Shown piece after piece: positions 38,983 through 41,915 of a stretch of DNA of 41,915 bases. The notes under the pieces were generated by a model. It worked only from the letters and a program-made list of their open reading frames with translations, was not told the origin of the DNA and ran no database searches. Source of the stretch: Welwitschia mirabilis (taxonomy: Eukaryota); assembly GCA_051453625.1 (NCBI GenBank), contig JBOZIK010000001.1, positions 28,538,049 to 28,579,963 of the forward strand, given 5' to 3'. The position numbers were made by a program, and so were the translations under genes. The number at the start of each line of letters is the position of its first letter. The first letter of the stretch is position 1.

Positions 38983-40697
38983 ATTCCTTATTAATTGATT
39001 CCTTAGGAAAACATCATGTTCTTAATTGAATATTTTTAAATTTGTCTTATGTATTTACTTCATGAAGTTTCCATAATTACTAATATTTTACTTGGCATTT
39101 TAAATATTCAAATTGGCTTCATCCAATCTTAAGACATTTGTATGTATATGAACTTTATTTTAAAGAAAGTTTCCTTGGTTCTTTTATTATCTGTTAATAA
39201 TATGAGTAATTAATTATTTTTGCATATTTTTACTTATCACTCATCTCATTACTTTAATTTTATCCTTACAAGTACTTGGCCATGTAGAAAAAACAAAATA
39301 AAGGTCATGCTCTTTCAACTAAAGCCACAGTCATTATGATGTACTACCATAAGAACATGGAGGCAAATTTTCTTAAGAGAGGCCTTTGGTAGTGTGATAT
39401 GGTAGCGGTGAAAACTCCATTGCTAGTTAGTTCGCCATGCTGTATGTGTCCTTACTTCTCTAACAGTTGTTACACTTCCCTATCATGGTAGAATAAAATT
39501 GTACTTAGAGGCTATAAGATCAGTGATGTTCCTGGTATCATCAAAGGCATTGGTTGTTTTCTAGACTTATTTTATTTATTTATAGCACTTCTACATGATC
39601 ATTCTACTTTGTTAAATTCTAGTATGATTTTGATATGACAGCTTGTAAGTTCCTATTTTAATAGATTTTTATNNNNNNNNNNAATGAGTTTTTACATACT
39701 CTTATGCATTTTTACTCATCAATTAATTTTATAATTGTTCTTATTTGGATAGGTTACCATAATCTAATGACTTGTAATTCTTCATTTTCCATGAGTTCAG
39801 GGATATTTGAGGAGTCTTTGAGCATTACTTCTTCCTAATTAATGCATTTTCTTTTTTTTTTTCATGAGTCTTTTTTCATCATGGCCATGTTTTCAAGATA
39901 TTTCTTTACTTTCTACATTCTCTCTACTTTTCTATTATATTTTTTATGCTTGCTTGTTTTTACACTTTTTTTTTTTGTTCTTCTTCTCTTTTCAAATAAC
40001 TTTTTTTTTTATCATTGTCATCCCACATCTATTGTCCCTATAATAGCTAGGATGATATTCATCCTTTTCATTGGGCATAATCTGGGAGGTCTTAGCTCAA
40101 CTACGAGGGGGTAGGACATTTTTTAAGCATTCTTCTATGATATTAACCTAAAATTTTAAAAGTGAATAAATCATGTTTTGAAATTTAACAATACATATCT
40201 ATGATAAATTACTTAGATATAATTTCATCTTGCTTGAATAAAATTCATGGACTTTATCTTATAGGAGCATAGTAGTAAACTCATCGAATTTTTTTATAGT
40301 GATGTTTTAAATCATCTAAAGGAAAAAGAATGCTATATTTATTGTTTCACTTTACTCCTGTTAATTACACTAAAAAGTTTAAATGCATTATTCTTTTGAG
40401 ATTAGCACTACTTAACTTTGTTACATTAGTCTAGTACCATTACATTACCATTTTCTAAGCTATCATTATTAATTTTTATAATTCTTTTATATGTATGACA
40501 TTCATTCATTCTATGGTAATGTGCTTAAGTAGGAGGCTTAGGAAAATGTTAGTATTTGTATCAGCTAATTGGTTTTTAATATTTATTCCTATGTAATTAA
40601 ATTGAACTTAGTGTACACTTTTATAGTTGCTATTTATCTTAGTTAAATTAGCTTACAATATAGTTGATCACTCACTTTGTCATAAACTAATAATGCT

Positions 40698-40710
40698 AAG
40701 TAAGAAGCTA
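40698..40710 (+). promoter_or_regulatory. Decayed PPT of F
   Basis: aagtaagaagcta directly before TGTTGTG. Confidence 0.65.
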
Positions 40711-41912
40711 TGTTGTGATGTCAATTTTTAGAAATCTAATAGTGTGTTTTGAGTGCTTTTGTAAGATATTATATAGGTTTGGATATAATATTAATGATTA
40801 TTGAAGATTGATAAGATGATCATTAAAACATATGATTTTTAGCATATTTAGAAGCACCTTAGGCTTATTTTAATACTTCATACTTTAAAATAACGATTTA
40901 CCATGTAAAATATTGACTCTATTTTGAGATTGAAGGTGAAAAAGAACTACTAATAAGGATGGAGGCTATGGAGTTGACTATGGGGATTAAAGCGGATGGA
41001 CCACCTTCTGATGTGGAGTGATTTCCCCATTGTCGTTCCCACAATAGTCAGAATGATGGATATTTTCTATGATAAAAAATATCTTTATAATGGAATTATG
41101 TAACCCTTTTGGGCTGTTAGGATTTTTTTTCCAACTTCTAGGGTTGAGCTTTTAGAACTTCAATGTAAATCTAAAAATACCCTTCCTTTCCTTCACTTCT
41201 ATTTTCCATCTTTTGTACTTGATGTTATTGTACTAGAAAATTAAAGGATAAGACGTTCATCTAGTACCTATAAAGAAAAGTTTACTTTCATGTTAGGCTG
41301 AATATCCTCCATTGAGTTGATACTACTTTATTGTAAGTGCATGTAAAAGATTCATGATTGAATTTAATTATTCTTTTTTCTACAATTGTGTTTATGTCCC
41401 TTATGATTTAAGTCAATTATAGTTTAGTGACAATTGTATGCTTTATTGAGGTCATAAGGATAACCTTTGTTAAGGTTGATTCCATTTGTTTGAACTTGCA
41501 TTGCTATTTTATTTCAATTTCATATTGCATTTAATATTCTATTTTGCATATCTCATAGTTCATGTTGGTTAGGAATAAGTGATGAACTCTTAATTGATTT
41601 GAATTATGGAGAGCTAGTTCTTGTGACATAAGAATTAGGATCTTAATAGAATCCATTTTATTTTTATTCTCATTCATTGTATTTCATCTTCATTCACCAT
41701 TATATTATATTTTCATATTTGTTTACTTTCATTTATTAAAAGATAAAAGACTAAAAATAGTTTATGAAATCAATTGTCTAAGCCTAATCCCTTCAACGAA
41801 TTATGACATTTGGGTCGACTCCTGTCTATATTAGTGTATGCTTTTCTACAAGTATTGTGATTTATAGGTTTATCTAAAAACCTTAAGGATTACATAAATT
41901 TACACTACAATA
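40711..41912 (+). repeat. 3' LTR of F
   Basis: tgttgtgatgtcaattt...tttacactacaata; colinear with the split 5' LTR. Confidence 0.9.
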
Positions 41913-41915
41913 ATG

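Larger units (their letters stand above)
19849..41912 (+). mobile_element. Athila-like element F; 5' LTR split by element E
   Basis: 5' LTR = 19849-20950 plus 33876-33978, then PBS, gag-pol, PPT and 3' LTR 40711-41912. Termini TGTTGTG...CTACAACA. Confidence 0.85.

Noticed and set aside
39842..40114. Hydrophobic Phe/Leu-rich ORFs (also 11870, 22191, 32290) as env or membrane proteins
   Set aside because: Caused by T-rich non-coding composition; I saw no preserved frame in sister copies.

Overview
AT-rich, CpG-depleted plant repeat DNA made almost entirely of old, pseudogenised, nested LTR retrotransposons, with seven assembly gaps. I see no intact host gene, RNA gene or CRISPR array, and no intact retroelement ORF. 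From left to right: (1) the 3' half of a Sirevirus-like Ty1/copia element (INT-RT-RH, an extra ORF, PPTs, 3' LTR ending at 5640), abutting a minus-strand Athila-like LTR fragment; (2) a second copia relic and a Tekay/Del-like Ty3/gypsy gag-PR-RT relic (about 6.8-10.4 kb); (3) Athila-like element A (10407 to the gap at 19636); (4) Athila-like element F (19849-41912), whose 5' LTR is split by a 12.9 kb minus-strand relative, element E (20951-33870, 5-bp TSD gatat/gacat). E has no RT/RH/INT of its own and carries an inverted LTR-less gag-PR-RT fragment (D) plus an unexplained CpG-retaining island. I do not see a clearly new biological system. The best leads are a conserved ~260-bp possibly coding block after integrase that is kept even in pol-less E, a dispersed hairpin motif of this family, the short-loop RT, and the island inside E. 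All family assignments and similarities were judged by eye from manual translation and alignment; nothing was computed or searched.
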